64,000 bases of DNA from an uncultured delta proteobacterium (GTDB lineage: Bacteria; Myxococcota_A; Polyangia; Polyangiales; Polyangiaceae): NCBI GenBank assembly GCA_963806225.1, contig CAWDXG010000004.1, forward strand, positions 5,600,001 to 5,664,000. Direction: 5' to 3'. This document shows, piece by piece, positions 31,213-40,683 of this stretch. A program made the position numbers and the translations under genes. The notes beneath the pieces were generated by a model. That model did no database searches and had not been told where the DNA came from. It worked only from the letters and a program-made list of their open reading frames with translations. Positions within the stretch are counted from its first letter, which is position 1. The number at the start of each line of letters is the position of its first letter.

Positions 31213-32270
31213 TGGTGCCCGTCGCCGTCGAGCGCGCGGCCCGGCGCGCCGGGACGTTGCTCACGCCGCGCGAGCTCGAACAGGTGCACGCCTGCGGGCG
31301 CGCGCTCTGCGAAGTCCGCGTCGGCGCGCCGCCGCCGATGGCGGAGCTGGGCGGCGCGTTGCAGGAGCTGCTTGGGGCGGATGCGTTCGCAAGCTACTCG
31401 CCGGAGCGCGCGACCGACGGTTGGGCGATGGCCCAGCTGACCTGGCAGGGAGCCGGATCGGACTTCGACCATGTCGGAGTCATACAACCTCTGATGAACC
31501 GCTTCCCCGAGAACTGGGCGCCTGTCTACGACCCCGATCGCCCCGAGCCCCGCCAGCGCAACCGCGTCATCCGCCCGATGATCGGCCTCTCGATGGACTT
31601 TGTCCTGCAGACTCCGCTCTTCCAGAAGGTCCACGTCCCGACGCGCACGCAGCACTTCGATCAGCTCCGCGTGCTCGTCTGCGAGGGCCCGGCGTTGCTG
31701 GCGTGGGTGGGTGGTTTCCGCGAGGAGCCGTTCACCGCGCGCGAGCAGCGGCGCCTGACGGCGCTGGTCCCCGCGCTCCACAAACGCCTGCGCATCGAGC
31801 GTCGGCTGCGCGACGCCGAGCTGTACCGCGCGGGGCTCGAGGCGGCGCTGGAGGCGCTGCCGGTGCCGGCGTTCGTCGTGCGGCCGAACGGCGCGGTCGC
31901 GCACGCCAACGACAGCGGTCGCGCCATGTACGACGCATCGCTCTCCGCCGCGCTGGCCGAGGGCAGCGCGGACGGCTACGAAGCGACGCCGATCGTTGTC
32001 CGGGGCGAGCCAGCCGCCGCGCTGATCGTCCGCACCGCTGCGCCGCGCGATCTCCCGGCGCGTCTTGCCGAAGCGACGACGCACTGGAAGCTCACGCGCC
32101 GGCAGAGCGAGGTGCTCGCCCTGGTGGCCCGCGGCGACGCCAACAAGCTGATCGCCGCCAAGCTCGGCTGCGCGCTGCGCACCGTGGAGGTTCACGTCAC
32201 CGCGCTGCTCTGCAGGGCCGGCTGCGACAACCGCACGGAGCTCGTGGCGAGGCTGGCGCGTCTCGCGTGA
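31209..32270 (+). CDS. LuxR-type regulator, paralog
   Basis: DQLRVLVCEGPALLAWVGGFREEPFT; LTRRQSEVLALVARGDANKLIAAKLG. Confidence 0.88.
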   Translation: MMVPVAVERAARRAGTLLTPRELEQVHACGRALCEVRVGAPPPMAELGGALQELLGADAFASYSPERATDGWAMAQLTWQGAGSDFDHVGVIQPLMNRFPENWAPVYDPDRPEPRQRNRVIRPMIGLSMDFVLQTPLFQKVHVPTRTQHFDQLRVLVCEGPALLAWVGGFREEPFTAREQRRLTALVPALHKRLRIERRLRDAELYRAGLEAALEALPVPAFVVRPNGAVAHANDSGRAMYDASLSAALAEGSADGYEATPIVVRGEPAAALIVRTAAPRDLPARLAEATTHWKLTRRQSEVLALVARGDANKLIAAKLGCALRTVEVHVTALLCRAGCDNRTELVARLARLA

Positions 32271-32347
32271 AAGGGCCGGAAGCCCGCCGACTCTGTCCGC
32301 AGCCACCCGCAGCCGCGCGAGCAGCGCCGACCTTCGCAGGCGTCCGC

Positions 32348-32977
32348 CTAGTCCAGCGCTTCCGGCCGGTACGCGTACCCGACCTTGACGCGCGAGAGTG
32401 TGCGCCAGGTGTGCTCCATGCGCAGCAGGGAATCGAGCACGTCGTCGGTATTGCGGGCTTCCGCGCGCGCGGCGGCTAGCACGCGTTCGATGGCGGCGCG
32501 GGCGTCGGCCGGGTGGAACACCGTTCCGGGCAGCACGGCGCAGCCGTCGGCGCTCGCCAGCAGCCGCGCCTGGCAGAGCGGCGAGTCCGCGGCGAGCCCG
32601 CCGCGCGACAGCTCGCGCGCGACGTCGTCGCGCGGCAGCATGACGAACTCGGCACGCGACCACAGATCGCGAGCGATGATCGACTCGCCGGATGGCTCGA
32701 ACACGAAGATGCCGCGATGCGCGCCCGCCAGCGCGAGCACGATGCTGCGCTCGGCGGCGTCCTCGAAGCCGGCGGCCAGCTCTCCCGCAAGCCCGCCGCG
32801 CACCAGCGCGTCCTCCCACCCCGCCGCGTCGCGCGAGCCCGCCGACGGATGGTCCGGCTCGTAGCGACCGGAGCGTTCGAAGAACGCCTGCCGGAGCGCC
32901 TGCGAGCGGGCGGACAGCGGCGCGCGCGCCGCCCGCTCGACGAGCTCGTCGTAGACCGCGCTGAGGACGGGCGTCAC
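32348..32977 (-). CDS. Hypothetical protein
   Basis: Protein-like ORF; GTG at 32977 chosen as the likely start; no family recognised. Confidence 0.6.
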   Translation of the reverse strand: MTPVLSAVYDELVERAARAPLSARSQALRQAFFERSGRYEPDHPSAGSRDAAGWEDALVRGGLAGELAAGFEDAAERSIVLALAGAHRGIFVFEPSGESIIARDLWSRAEFVMLPRDDVARELSRGGLAADSPLCQARLLASADGCAVLPGTVFHPADARAAIERVLAAARAEARNTDDVLDSLLRMEHTWRTLSRVKVGYAYRPEALD

Positions 32978-33012
32978 GCGCCCAGTCCTACGCGAGTCCG
33001 CAACTCCAGGTG

Positions 33013-33050
33013 CGTAGCAAAATGTCACGGCTCTGTGACATTTTGCTACG
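33013..33050. promoter_or_regulatory. Perfect 16-bp inverted repeat (candidate operator or hairpin)
   Basis: cgtagcaaaatgtcac-ggctct-gtgacattttgctacg in the divergent intergenic region. Confidence 0.7.
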
Positions 33051-33120
33051 ATCCGCGAGCCAGTGTCTGTCATCCATCAACAAGCACAATCGGCCGCGCT
33101 GGACTACGATCGGCGTCGAG

Positions 33121-33522
33121 ATGGGCCCGAACCGCGTCTTCTTCCCCCAGGAGGCGCTCGATCTGTGGTTGAGCGACGACCGCATCGAGCTGACAGGGGC
33201 GGAGCTCGTGATCAAGGCGGAGGACCGCAAGTACCGGATCCTCGAGGCGATACGCGTCCTGGGTGAGTCCGCCGGCGGCGCGGACGACAACGAGATCGTG
33301 GGCAAGGTCAAGACCGTGGCGTACCTGACGGAGCTCGGCGCGGAGCTCCTGGGCAACTCCATGATAATCGGGGACAACGCCTACGACGTGGTGCCGGGGT
33401 GGCTCGGCTCGCCTGTCGGTACTTTCGCCGAGCACCGCGCGGCCGAATCGGCGGCTGCACCCGCCAGCGCGTCGAGCGAAGAAGAGCTGCTCGCACAGTA
33501 TCTGATGCAGGCTCTCGAATAA
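33121..33522 (+). CDS. Hypothetical protein
   Basis: MGPNRVFFPQEALDLWL...AYDVVPGWLG; lies just upstream of ccsA. Confidence 0.7.
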   Translation: MGPNRVFFPQEALDLWLSDDRIELTGAELVIKAEDRKYRILEAIRVLGESAGGADDNEIVGKVKTVAYLTELGAELLGNSMIIGDNAYDVVPGWLGSPVGTFAEHRAAESAAAPASASSEEELLAQYLMQALE

Positions 33523-33529
33523 CTCCCTC

Positions 33530-34351
33530 ATGCACGACCTCGCCACCATCGCCTTCTACCTGGGCGTGATCGCCTACTCGGCGTCGGCCACGCTGTTCTT
33601 CCTCGACCTGGTACGGCGGGAAGGCGCCGGCATTGCCGCGCGCTGGGCTCCGTATCTGCTCGGCGTGGGCGCCGCGATGCACGCGGGGCACGTGGTCACC
33701 GCCAGTCTGCTGTCGCACGTGTGCCCGGTCGAGTCCGTACACTTCGCGCTGAGTCTGTCGGCCTGGCTCGTCACGGTCGTGTATCTGGTGGTGCGGCGCC
33801 GGCTGCGCCTGCATGCGATCGGCGCGTTCGTCGCGTCCGTCGCGCTCACCTTCCTCGTGGGTGCACAGTTCGTCGGCATCACGCGCGCCGGTCCCGGCGG
33901 CCAGCGCGGGCTGCTCGCCGCGCACGTCACGTCCAACGTGATCGGCATGGCGCTGTTCCTGCTCGCGGGGATGGCCGGCACCTTCTACCTGGTGCAGGAA
34001 CGGCAGCTGAGGGCGAAGCGCGTGACCTGGTTCACGGCCAAGCTGCCGCCGCTCGACGCGCTCGACCGCACCGAGCACCGGCTGCTGCTTGCGGGCTTTC
34101 CGCTGCTCACGTTCGGGATCGTGACGGGTGCCGTCTTTGCCGCGCACATGCAGCAGGCCTCGGCCGGGGAGATCCTGCGCGCCGCGCTCGCCTACACGAC
34201 CTGGTTCGTGGTGGCCGGCGTGTTGATCCTGCGCGCGGTGGCGGGCTGGCGCGGCCGCCGCGCAGCCTACGGCACCATCGCCGGTGTGGTGTGCGTGCTG
34301 ATCGTGATCCTGCTCTACGTGATCCATCCTGCGGTTGGGGGTGGGGCATGA
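33530..34351 (+). CDS. ccsA: Cytochrome c assembly protein, CcsA-like
   Basis: Multi-TM protein with conserved His residues, YLVQERQLR..LPPLDALD..GFPLLTFG, GWRGRRAA; upstream of hemA. Confidence 0.8.
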   Translation: MHDLATIAFYLGVIAYSASATLFFLDLVRREGAGIAARWAPYLLGVGAAMHAGHVVTASLLSHVCPVESVHFALSLSAWLVTVVYLVVRRRLRLHAIGAFVASVALTFLVGAQFVGITRAGPGGQRGLLAAHVTSNVIGMALFLLAGMAGTFYLVQERQLRAKRVTWFTAKLPPLDALDRTEHRLLLAGFPLLTFGIVTGAVFAAHMQQASAGEILRAALAYTTWFVVAGVLILRAVAGWRGRRAAYGTIAGVVCVLIVILLYVIHPAVGGGA

Positions 34352-35754
34352 TCGTCGTTGTCGGGCTGTCGCACCGCACCGCGCCGATCAACGTGCGCGA
34401 GCTGATCGCGTTGCCGCGCGACGTGGTGCCGACCGTGCTCTCGGAGATCGTGGCGCATTCCGACGTGGGTGAGGCAATGCTCGTCTCGACGTGCAACCGC
34501 GTGGAGGTCGTCGCGGCCGGCAAACACGGGTTCGACGACGCGGACCTGGAGCGCGTGGCCGCGCAGGTCAAGCAGGCGCTGGTCCAGCGCGCGCCGGGGC
34601 TCCAGGGAAACCTGTACGAGCACCTGGGCGGCCAGGGCGTCCGGCACCTGTTCCGCGTGGCCTCCTCGCTCGACTCGCTGGTGCTGGGCGAACCGCAGAT
34701 CCTTGGCCAGGTCAAGGATGCCTTCGAGACGGCGCGCCGGGTCGGCACCGTGGGCTCGGCGCTGAACCGCGCTGTCCCGCGCGCGATCCGCACCGCCAAG
34801 CGCGTGCGGTCGCAGACCGCGATCGGGATGGGGCAGGTGTCGGTGCCCAGCGTGTCCGTCGACCTAGCCAAGCAGATCTTCGGCGATCTCGAGGGTCGCA
34901 CGGTGATGCTCATCGGGTCGGGCGAGATGGCCGAGACGGTCGCGCGGCTTCTCGGCGGATGCGGCGCGCGCATCGTGATCGTGGGGCGCAACAAGCTGCG
35001 GGTGGCGGAGCTCACGCGCAGCGTCGGCGGCGAGGGTCGCCAGTGGCAAGACCTGAAGGCGACCCTGGTCGAAGCCGACGTGGTGCTCACGAGTACCAGC
35101 GCGCCGACCTACGTCGTGGACCACGACCTGGTGAAGAGCGTTCGCAAGCAGCGCCGCGGGCGCAGCCTGTTCTTCATCGACCTGGCGGTGCCGCGCGATG
35201 TCGACCCGCGCGTCGAGTCGCTCGCGAACACCTTCCTCTACAACATCGACGACTTCTCGAAGGTGGTCGCCGGCACGCTGTCGAGTCGCCAGCACGAGGC
35301 GGAGCGCGCCGAGCAGATCGTGCTGGAAGAGACGCAGGGCTACCAGCGCTGGCGCGAGGTCGCGCAGATGACGCCGACCATCGTGGCGCTGCGCGAGCGC
35401 TTCCGGCGCATCCTGGTCGCGGAGCTCGAGCGCAGTCTCAAGGGGAGGCTGAAACACCTGGGGCCGGAAGAACACCAGGCCCTGGACAAGATGTGCGAGG
35501 CTGCGCTCAACAAGATGCTCCACCACCCCACCGCGCGTCTGCGCGAAACCGCTGCCGAATACGGCGTCGAAAGCCATCCGGTCGAACAGCTGGTGGCCGC
35601 GATCGACGAGTTGTTTGCGCTCGAAGGCGAGCACCCCGAGCTGCACGCGGCGCCGGACGCCGCAGCGTCCGGGGAGCCGGCGGAGCGCGCGGAGCCCGAG
35701 CCCGAGGTCGAGCTTTCCGGCACGCACGTCGCTACCGGCACGAGGGGGCGATGA
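34348..35754 (+). CDS. hemA: Glutamyl-tRNA reductase
   Basis: VGLSHRTAP, STCNRVE, HLFRVASSLDSLVLGEPQILGQVK, IDLAVPRD. Confidence 0.96.
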   Translation: MIVVVGLSHRTAPINVRELIALPRDVVPTVLSEIVAHSDVGEAMLVSTCNRVEVVAAGKHGFDDADLERVAAQVKQALVQRAPGLQGNLYEHLGGQGVRHLFRVASSLDSLVLGEPQILGQVKDAFETARRVGTVGSALNRAVPRAIRTAKRVRSQTAIGMGQVSVPSVSVDLAKQIFGDLEGRTVMLIGSGEMAETVARLLGGCGARIVIVGRNKLRVAELTRSVGGEGRQWQDLKATLVEADVVLTSTSAPTYVVDHDLVKSVRKQRRGRSLFFIDLAVPRDVDPRVESLANTFLYNIDDFSKVVAGTLSSRQHEAERAEQIVLEETQGYQRWREVAQMTPTIVALRERFRRILVAELERSLKGRLKHLGPEEHQALDKMCEAALNKMLHHPTARLRETAAEYGVESHPVEQLVAAIDELFALEGEHPELHAAPDAAASGEPAERAEPEPEVELSGTHVATGTRGR

Positions 35755-36647
35755 GCGGGCGCGTGGTGGTCGCGACGCGCCGGAGCAAGCTGGCGCTGGC
35801 GCAGGCCCGCGCGTGGATGCGGGAGCTTGCCGCGCGCCACGAGGGGCTCGAGGTCGACGAGCTGCACGTGACGACGACGGGTGACCGCGTGCAAGACCGC
35901 GCGTTGAACGAGATCGGCGGCAAGGGGCTGTTCATCAAGGAAATCGAGGAAGCGCTGCTCGATCAGCGCGCGGACCTGGCCGTCCACTCGATGAAGGACG
36001 TGCCGGGGGAGCTGGCGCCGTCGCTCCGCATCGGGTGCGTGCCACGGCGCGAGGACCCGCGCGACGTCGTGGTGACCCGCGACGGCCGTCTGCTCGAGGA
36101 GCTGCCCGGCGGCAGCCGCGTCGGAACCTCGTCGCTGCGGCGCGGCGTCCAGCTGTCGGCGTGGCGCCCGGATCTCGACATCGTGCCGCTGCGCGGCAAC
36201 GTCGACACGCGCCTGCGGAAATGCGCAGAGGGCGAAGTGGATGCGGTGGTGCTGGCGCGGGCCGGTCTGACGCGGCTTGGCCTGCTCGATCGCGTCACCG
36301 AGACGCTCGACCCCGAACGCTGTCTGCCGGCGGTAGGGCAGGGCGCGCTGGCCGTCGAGCAGCGCGCGGACGACGAGCGCATCGCTGCCATCCTCGCACC
36401 GCTGGCCGATGTCGAGACGGCGCTGACGGTCGCGGCCGAGCGCGGCGTGATGATCGCCGTGGAAGGCAGCTGCCAGGTGCCGGTGGCGGCCTACGCGATG
36501 CGCCAGGGCGACCAGCTGTGGCTGCGCGGCATGCTGGCCGAGCCCGACGGCACGCGCCTCAGGCGCCGCGAGGTCACGGTGGCATGGCCGTCGAGCGAGG
36601 GCGAAGCCGAACAGGTCGGCCTGGAGCTCGGCCGCGGGCTCAAGTAG
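35751..36647 (+). CDS. hemC: Hydroxymethylbilane synthase
   Basis: ATRRSKLALAQ, GGKGLFIKE, AVHSMKDVP, GTSSLRR, RGNVDTRL, GSCQVPV. Confidence 0.96.
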   Translation: MSGRVVVATRRSKLALAQARAWMRELAARHEGLEVDELHVTTTGDRVQDRALNEIGGKGLFIKEIEEALLDQRADLAVHSMKDVPGELAPSLRIGCVPRREDPRDVVVTRDGRLLEELPGGSRVGTSSLRRGVQLSAWRPDLDIVPLRGNVDTRLRKCAEGEVDAVVLARAGLTRLGLLDRVTETLDPERCLPAVGQGALAVEQRADDERIAAILAPLADVETALTVAAERGVMIAVEGSCQVPVAAYAMRQGDQLWLRGMLAEPDGTRLRRREVTVAWPSSEGEAEQVGLELGRGLK

Positions 36648-37678
36648 TGCCGCTCCGCGTGTGGGCGCAGAGGCAGCTCGAGCGCGGCGCGTTCGATGGG
36701 ACGCCCGCCCGGCGCGCGAGTGCGCTGTGGCGGCGCGTCGCGGATCCGGTGCGGCCACTGGCGCTGCCGTCGGGGGCACGCGTGGTGGGTGTCGGGGGCG
36801 CGACGCTCGGTGGGGCGGGCAAGACGCCCTTGGTGCTCGAGCTCGCGCGCCGGCTTTCTGCGCGCGGCGAGCGCGTCGCCGTCGTCGCCACCGCCTACCG
36901 CGCTCGGCCGGGGAGGGCACGCCAGGTCTCGGTCGACGATCGCGTAGAGCAGGTGGGCGACGAGGGGCTTATGCTGGCGCGCGCGCTTGCGCCGAGCGTT
37001 CCGGTCGTCGTCGCGCCGGCGCGACAGGACGCGCTCGAGCTGGCGGCCGGGCTGGCCCCGCTCGTGCTGGTCGACGCGCTCCTGCAGGCGCGCCCCGGGC
37101 GGCTTTCGCTGTCGCTGCTGGTCCTCGACGCGAGCCAGCCGTGGGGCGCCGGTCGCTGTCCGCCGTCCGGGGATCTACGCGCGGATCGCGAGCGGCTGCT
37201 TGCCGCGTCCGACGCGGTCCTGCTCGTCGGCAGCGCCGGGAACGGGGTCCGCGTCGCAGTGGAGCGGCTCTGCCGTCGCGCCGGTCGCCCGCTTTTCGAG
37301 GTTCCAGCTCGCCTCCGCGGGGCGCGCACGCCGGAGGGCACGCTGCTGGGGGTCGAGGAGCTGTCGCGGCGGCGCGTCGGGCTGGCGCTCGCCGTGGCCC
37401 ACCCGGAGCGCATCGTCGCCGCGCTCCGGGCTTCCGGCATCGTTCCCGCACCCACCTGCTTCGACGCCGACCACGGCGTGCCGGCTCCGGACCGCGCGGA
37501 CCCGGCGCCAGAGGCCTGGCTTGCCACCGCCAAGTGCGCGACGAAGCTGGACCGCGAGGCCCGCAGAGCGCCCGTCTGGGTGCTGGAACAGGCACTGGAG
37601 CCGCCTGGGGAGCTCCTGTCCCTGGTGGCCGGGGGCAAAGCGGATGTCCGTGGACTTTGCCCGGAAAAGCCGTGGTAG
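36647..37678 (+). CDS. lpxK: Tetraacyldisaccharide 4'-kinase-like protein
   Basis: VGGATLGGAGKTP P-loop, VGDE, P.G.LR, DHG, TAKCATK; divergent from consensus. Confidence 0.7.
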   Translation: MPLRVWAQRQLERGAFDGTPARRASALWRRVADPVRPLALPSGARVVGVGGATLGGAGKTPLVLELARRLSARGERVAVVATAYRARPGRARQVSVDDRVEQVGDEGLMLARALAPSVPVVVAPARQDALELAAGLAPLVLVDALLQARPGRLSLSLLVLDASQPWGAGRCPPSGDLRADRERLLAASDAVLLVGSAGNGVRVAVERLCRRAGRPLFEVPARLRGARTPEGTLLGVEELSRRRVGLALAVAHPERIVAALRASGIVPAPTCFDADHGVPAPDRADPAPEAWLATAKCATKLDREARRAPVWVLEQALEPPGELLSLVAGGKADVRGLCPEKPW

Positions 37679-37688
37679 AGTCCGCGCC

Positions 37689-38330
37689 ATGTCCGGCTTC
37701 CGAAGCATCCTGAGAGTTGTGTTCCTGCTCGCGCTCACGGCGCTGGTTGTTCCGCTTTCCGCGTGCGGCCAGAAGGTCGTGCACTCGAAAGTCACGGCCG
37801 GCAGCATGCCGCCCGGCGCCGAGTGGACCGGCGTCTACTATAGCGAGATCTACGGCTACCTCCACCTGATCAAGGAGGGGGATACCGTCAACGGCCGCTG
37901 GCGCACCACCGAAGGTGACGCGTGGGGCGAGATGAGCGGCAAGGTGGAGGGCAACCTCTTTCGCTACGAGTGGACGAACCACAAGATCGGACTGGTCGGT
38001 CCGTCGGCGACCTCGCACGGGAAGGGCTACTTCCTGTACACGCGCCCGCACGAGGGCGAGGCCGACGAGCTCCACGGCCAGTGGGGCCTCGACGACTCGG
38101 ACAGCGGCAACAAGTGGGATTGCGTCAAGCAGAAGGACATGAAGCCCGACTTCAAGTCCGTGCTGCCCGACGAGTACCAGCGGCGCGGCCAGGGCGGCGG
38201 CTGGGACCAGTCTGGTAACGGCGGCGGCGACAAGGCTGCGCCCGGCGGTGACGACGAGGGTGCCGCGGGCAGCGGTGACGAGGGTGGCGACGAGCCCAGC
38301 GACGACCCCATAAACGGCGGCGGCCTGTAG
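37689..38330 (+). CDS. Hypothetical lipoprotein
   Basis: LSAC lipobox, beta-rich domain, acidic Gly-rich tail. Confidence 0.75.
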   Translation: MSGFRSILRVVFLLALTALVVPLSACGQKVVHSKVTAGSMPPGAEWTGVYYSEIYGYLHLIKEGDTVNGRWRTTEGDAWGEMSGKVEGNLFRYEWTNHKIGLVGPSATSHGKGYFLYTRPHEGEADELHGQWGLDDSDSGNKWDCVKQKDMKPDFKSVLPDEYQRRGQGGGWDQSGNGGGDKAAPGGDDEGAAGSGDEGGDEPSDDPINGGGL

Positions 38331-38354
38331 CCGACGCCCCCCTGGGCCGCCGGC

Positions 38355-39902
38355 TTGGCGGCCCGAACGCTCTGCAGCGATGCGGAGCGCTTCCATTTGG
38401 AGAAGGCATTGCCCGCAGAAGCAGCCAAGGGCCTCCAGTTCCGTGAGCCTCCTATCTTCGAGCGCGGTGCGCCCGGTCGCAGCGGCGTATCGCTCGGCGA
38501 GCTGGATGTGCCGCCGGTCGATCCGGCTGAAGCGCTGGGAGCGCTCGCCCGGCGCGTGCCGGCGGCGCTGCCCGAAGTGAGCGAACCGGAGGCGTTCCGC
38601 CATTTCGTGCGCCTGAGCCAGTGGAACTTCTGCATCGACACACAGTTCTACCCGCTGGGCTCGTGCACGATGAAATACAACCCCAAGGTGAACGAGTGGG
38701 TGGCGCGGCTCGAGGGCTTTGCCAATCTGCACCCGTGGACACCGGAGCACCTGTCGCAGGGTGCGCTCGAGCTGATGGCGGGGCTGTCCGATCTACTGGC
38801 CGAGATCGTCGGCATGGACGGCGTCAGCCTGCAGCCCGCCGCTGGCGCGCAGGGCGAGCTCACCGGGCTGATGATGATCCGCGCCTACCACCAGTCGCGC
38901 GGCCGATCGCCGAAGAAGATCTTCATTCCCGACAGCGCGCATGGGACCAATCCCGCGAGCTGCGCTCTGAACGGCTTCGAAGCGGTGCCGTTCACCGCAG
39001 GTGGTTCGGGTGTGGTCGAGCCCGAGCAGCTGGCGCGGGCGCTGGAAGCTGCGGGCGACGACGTCGCCGGCATGATGATGACGAATCCGAACACGCTCGG
39101 CCTGTTCGAGAGCGCGATGCCGCGGCTCACCGAGCTGGTGCATTCGAAGGGCGGCCTGGTCTACGGCGACGGCGCCAACATGAACGCGGTGCTCGGGCGC
39201 GCGCGTCCGGGCGACGCAGGCGTCGACGTGATGCAGTTCAATCTGCACAAGACGTTCACCACGCCGCACGGCGGCGGCGGCCCGGGTTCAGGCCCGGTGG
39301 CGTTCAAGAGGATCCTCGAGCCGTTCCAGCCCGCGCCGGTCGTGCGTCGGGATGGTGACGTCGTGCGGGTGTACTCGGATCGCGAGCACAGCGTGGGGCG
39401 CGTGCGCTCGTTCCTCGGCAATTTCGGGATGATGGTGCGCGCATACGCCTACATCCGCGAGCTGGGGCCGGAGGGGCTGCGCGCGGTCAGCGACATGGCC
39501 GTGCTCAATGCGAACTACCTCGCAACGCGCCTCAAGGAGCTGTTCCCGATCGCCTTCGAGACGCGGCCGCTGCACGAAGCCGTGTTCAGCGACAAGGAGC
39601 TCGAGCACGAGACCGGCGTGAAGACGCTGGACATCGCCAAACGCCTCATCGACTACGGCTTCCACCCGCCGACCGTGTACTTCCCGCTGGTCGTACGCGG
39701 CGCGCTCATGATCGAGCCGACCGAGACCGAGACCAAGCAGACCATCGACGCGTTTGTCGACGCGCTCGCTTCGATCAAGCGCGAGGCGCACGAGAATCCG
39801 GAACTGCTCAAGCACGCGCCGCACCTCACGCGGCTCGGCCGGCTCGACGAGGCGCGTGCCGCACGCAAGCCGCGCTTGCGCTGGACGCCTGCCGAAGCGT
39901 AG
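38355..39902 (+). CDS. gcvPB: Glycine dehydrogenase (decarboxylating) subunit 2 (start uncertain)
   Basis: YPLGSCTMKYNP, QPAAGAQGE, SAHGTNPAS, PLP motif NLHKTFTTPHGGGGPG, MIEPTETE. Confidence 0.95.
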   Translation: MAARTLCSDAERFHLEKALPAEAAKGLQFREPPIFERGAPGRSGVSLGELDVPPVDPAEALGALARRVPAALPEVSEPEAFRHFVRLSQWNFCIDTQFYPLGSCTMKYNPKVNEWVARLEGFANLHPWTPEHLSQGALELMAGLSDLLAEIVGMDGVSLQPAAGAQGELTGLMMIRAYHQSRGRSPKKIFIPDSAHGTNPASCALNGFEAVPFTAGGSGVVEPEQLARALEAAGDDVAGMMMTNPNTLGLFESAMPRLTELVHSKGGLVYGDGANMNAVLGRARPGDAGVDVMQFNLHKTFTTPHGGGGPGSGPVAFKRILEPFQPAPVVRRDGDVVRVYSDREHSVGRVRSFLGNFGMMVRAYAYIRELGPEGLRAVSDMAVLNANYLATRLKELFPIAFETRPLHEAVFSDKELEHETGVKTLDIAKRLIDYGFHPPTVYFPLVVRGALMIEPTETETKQTIDAFVDALASIKREAHENPELLKHAPHLTRLGRLDEARAARKPRLRWTPAEA

Positions 39903-39917
39903 CCGGCTACCGGCGGC

Positions 39918-40652
39918 TCAGAAACAGGCCCAGCCGCCGCCCACGCAGTCGCACCCGGCGCTGCCGTAGACGCAGTGCAGGCCGGTCACGGAGCACTTCG
40001 CCTTCGTGCCCGGCTGCTTCGGCGGGCAGCTGCCGCAGCTCCAGGTCGTGCTGGAGCAGATGCACTGGGTCGAACCGTAGAGGCAGTCCGCGGAGACCGG
40101 GGAGCACGCCGTGTTGGACGACGGTTGTGAAGAGGGGCACGCCGTGCAGTGCCAGGTGGCACCGTTGCAGTGGCATTGGTCCGACGCGTAGCTGCACCAT
40201 AGCGTGCTGTCCTTGCAGCTGCCGCCTTCACCGGGTTGCTTGGCCGGGCAACCCTGCGTTCCGCCGCCGCCGCCGCCGCTGCCGCCTGTCGCGCCGCCGC
40301 TGCCGCCCGTCGCGCCGCCGCTGCCGCCCGTCGCGCCGCCGCTGCCGCCCGTCGCGCCGCCGCTGCCGCCCGTCGCGCCGCCGCTGCCGCCCGTCGCGCC
40401 GCCGCTGCCGCCCGTCGCGCCGCCGCCGCTGCCGCCCGTCGCGCCGCCGCCGCTGCCGCCCGTCGCACCGCCGGTCCCTGTGCCGGCAGCGCCGCCCGTC
40501 GCGCCGCCGCCTGCGCCGCCCGATGCACCTGCGCCGCCGGTGGACGTCGCGTCCTGGCCAGCGTCGCGCGAGCCGCCACTATCCCCGTTCGACCCGCACG
40601 CGACGAGCAACGCGACACTGGAGACGACGACCACCGTGCGGAAACCGCGCAC
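39918..40652 (-). CDS. Cys-rich lipoprotein with GGATGGS linker repeats
   Basis: LVAC lipobox; three C-terminal CP...C.YG...C.C...W.C modules. Confidence 0.75.
   Translation of the reverse strand: MRGFRTVVVVSSVALLVACGSNGDSGGSRDAGQDATSTGGAGASGGAGGGATGGAAGTGTGGATGGSGGGATGGSGGGATGGSGGATGGSGGATGGSGGATGGSGGATGGSGGATGGSGGATGGSGGGGGGTQGCPAKQPGEGGSCKDSTLWCSYASDQCHCNGATWHCTACPSSQPSSNTACSPVSADCLYGSTQCICSSTTWSCGSCPPKQPGTKAKCSVTGLHCVYGSAGCDCVGGGWACF
40277..40470. repeat. 21-24 bp tandem repeat (ccgctgccgcccgtcgcgccg) encoding a Gly-rich linker
   Basis: Tandem copies visible directly in the sequence. Confidence 0.85.
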
Positions 40653-40683
40653 GCCGTCAGCGTAGCATTTCGGCTCGCGAACC

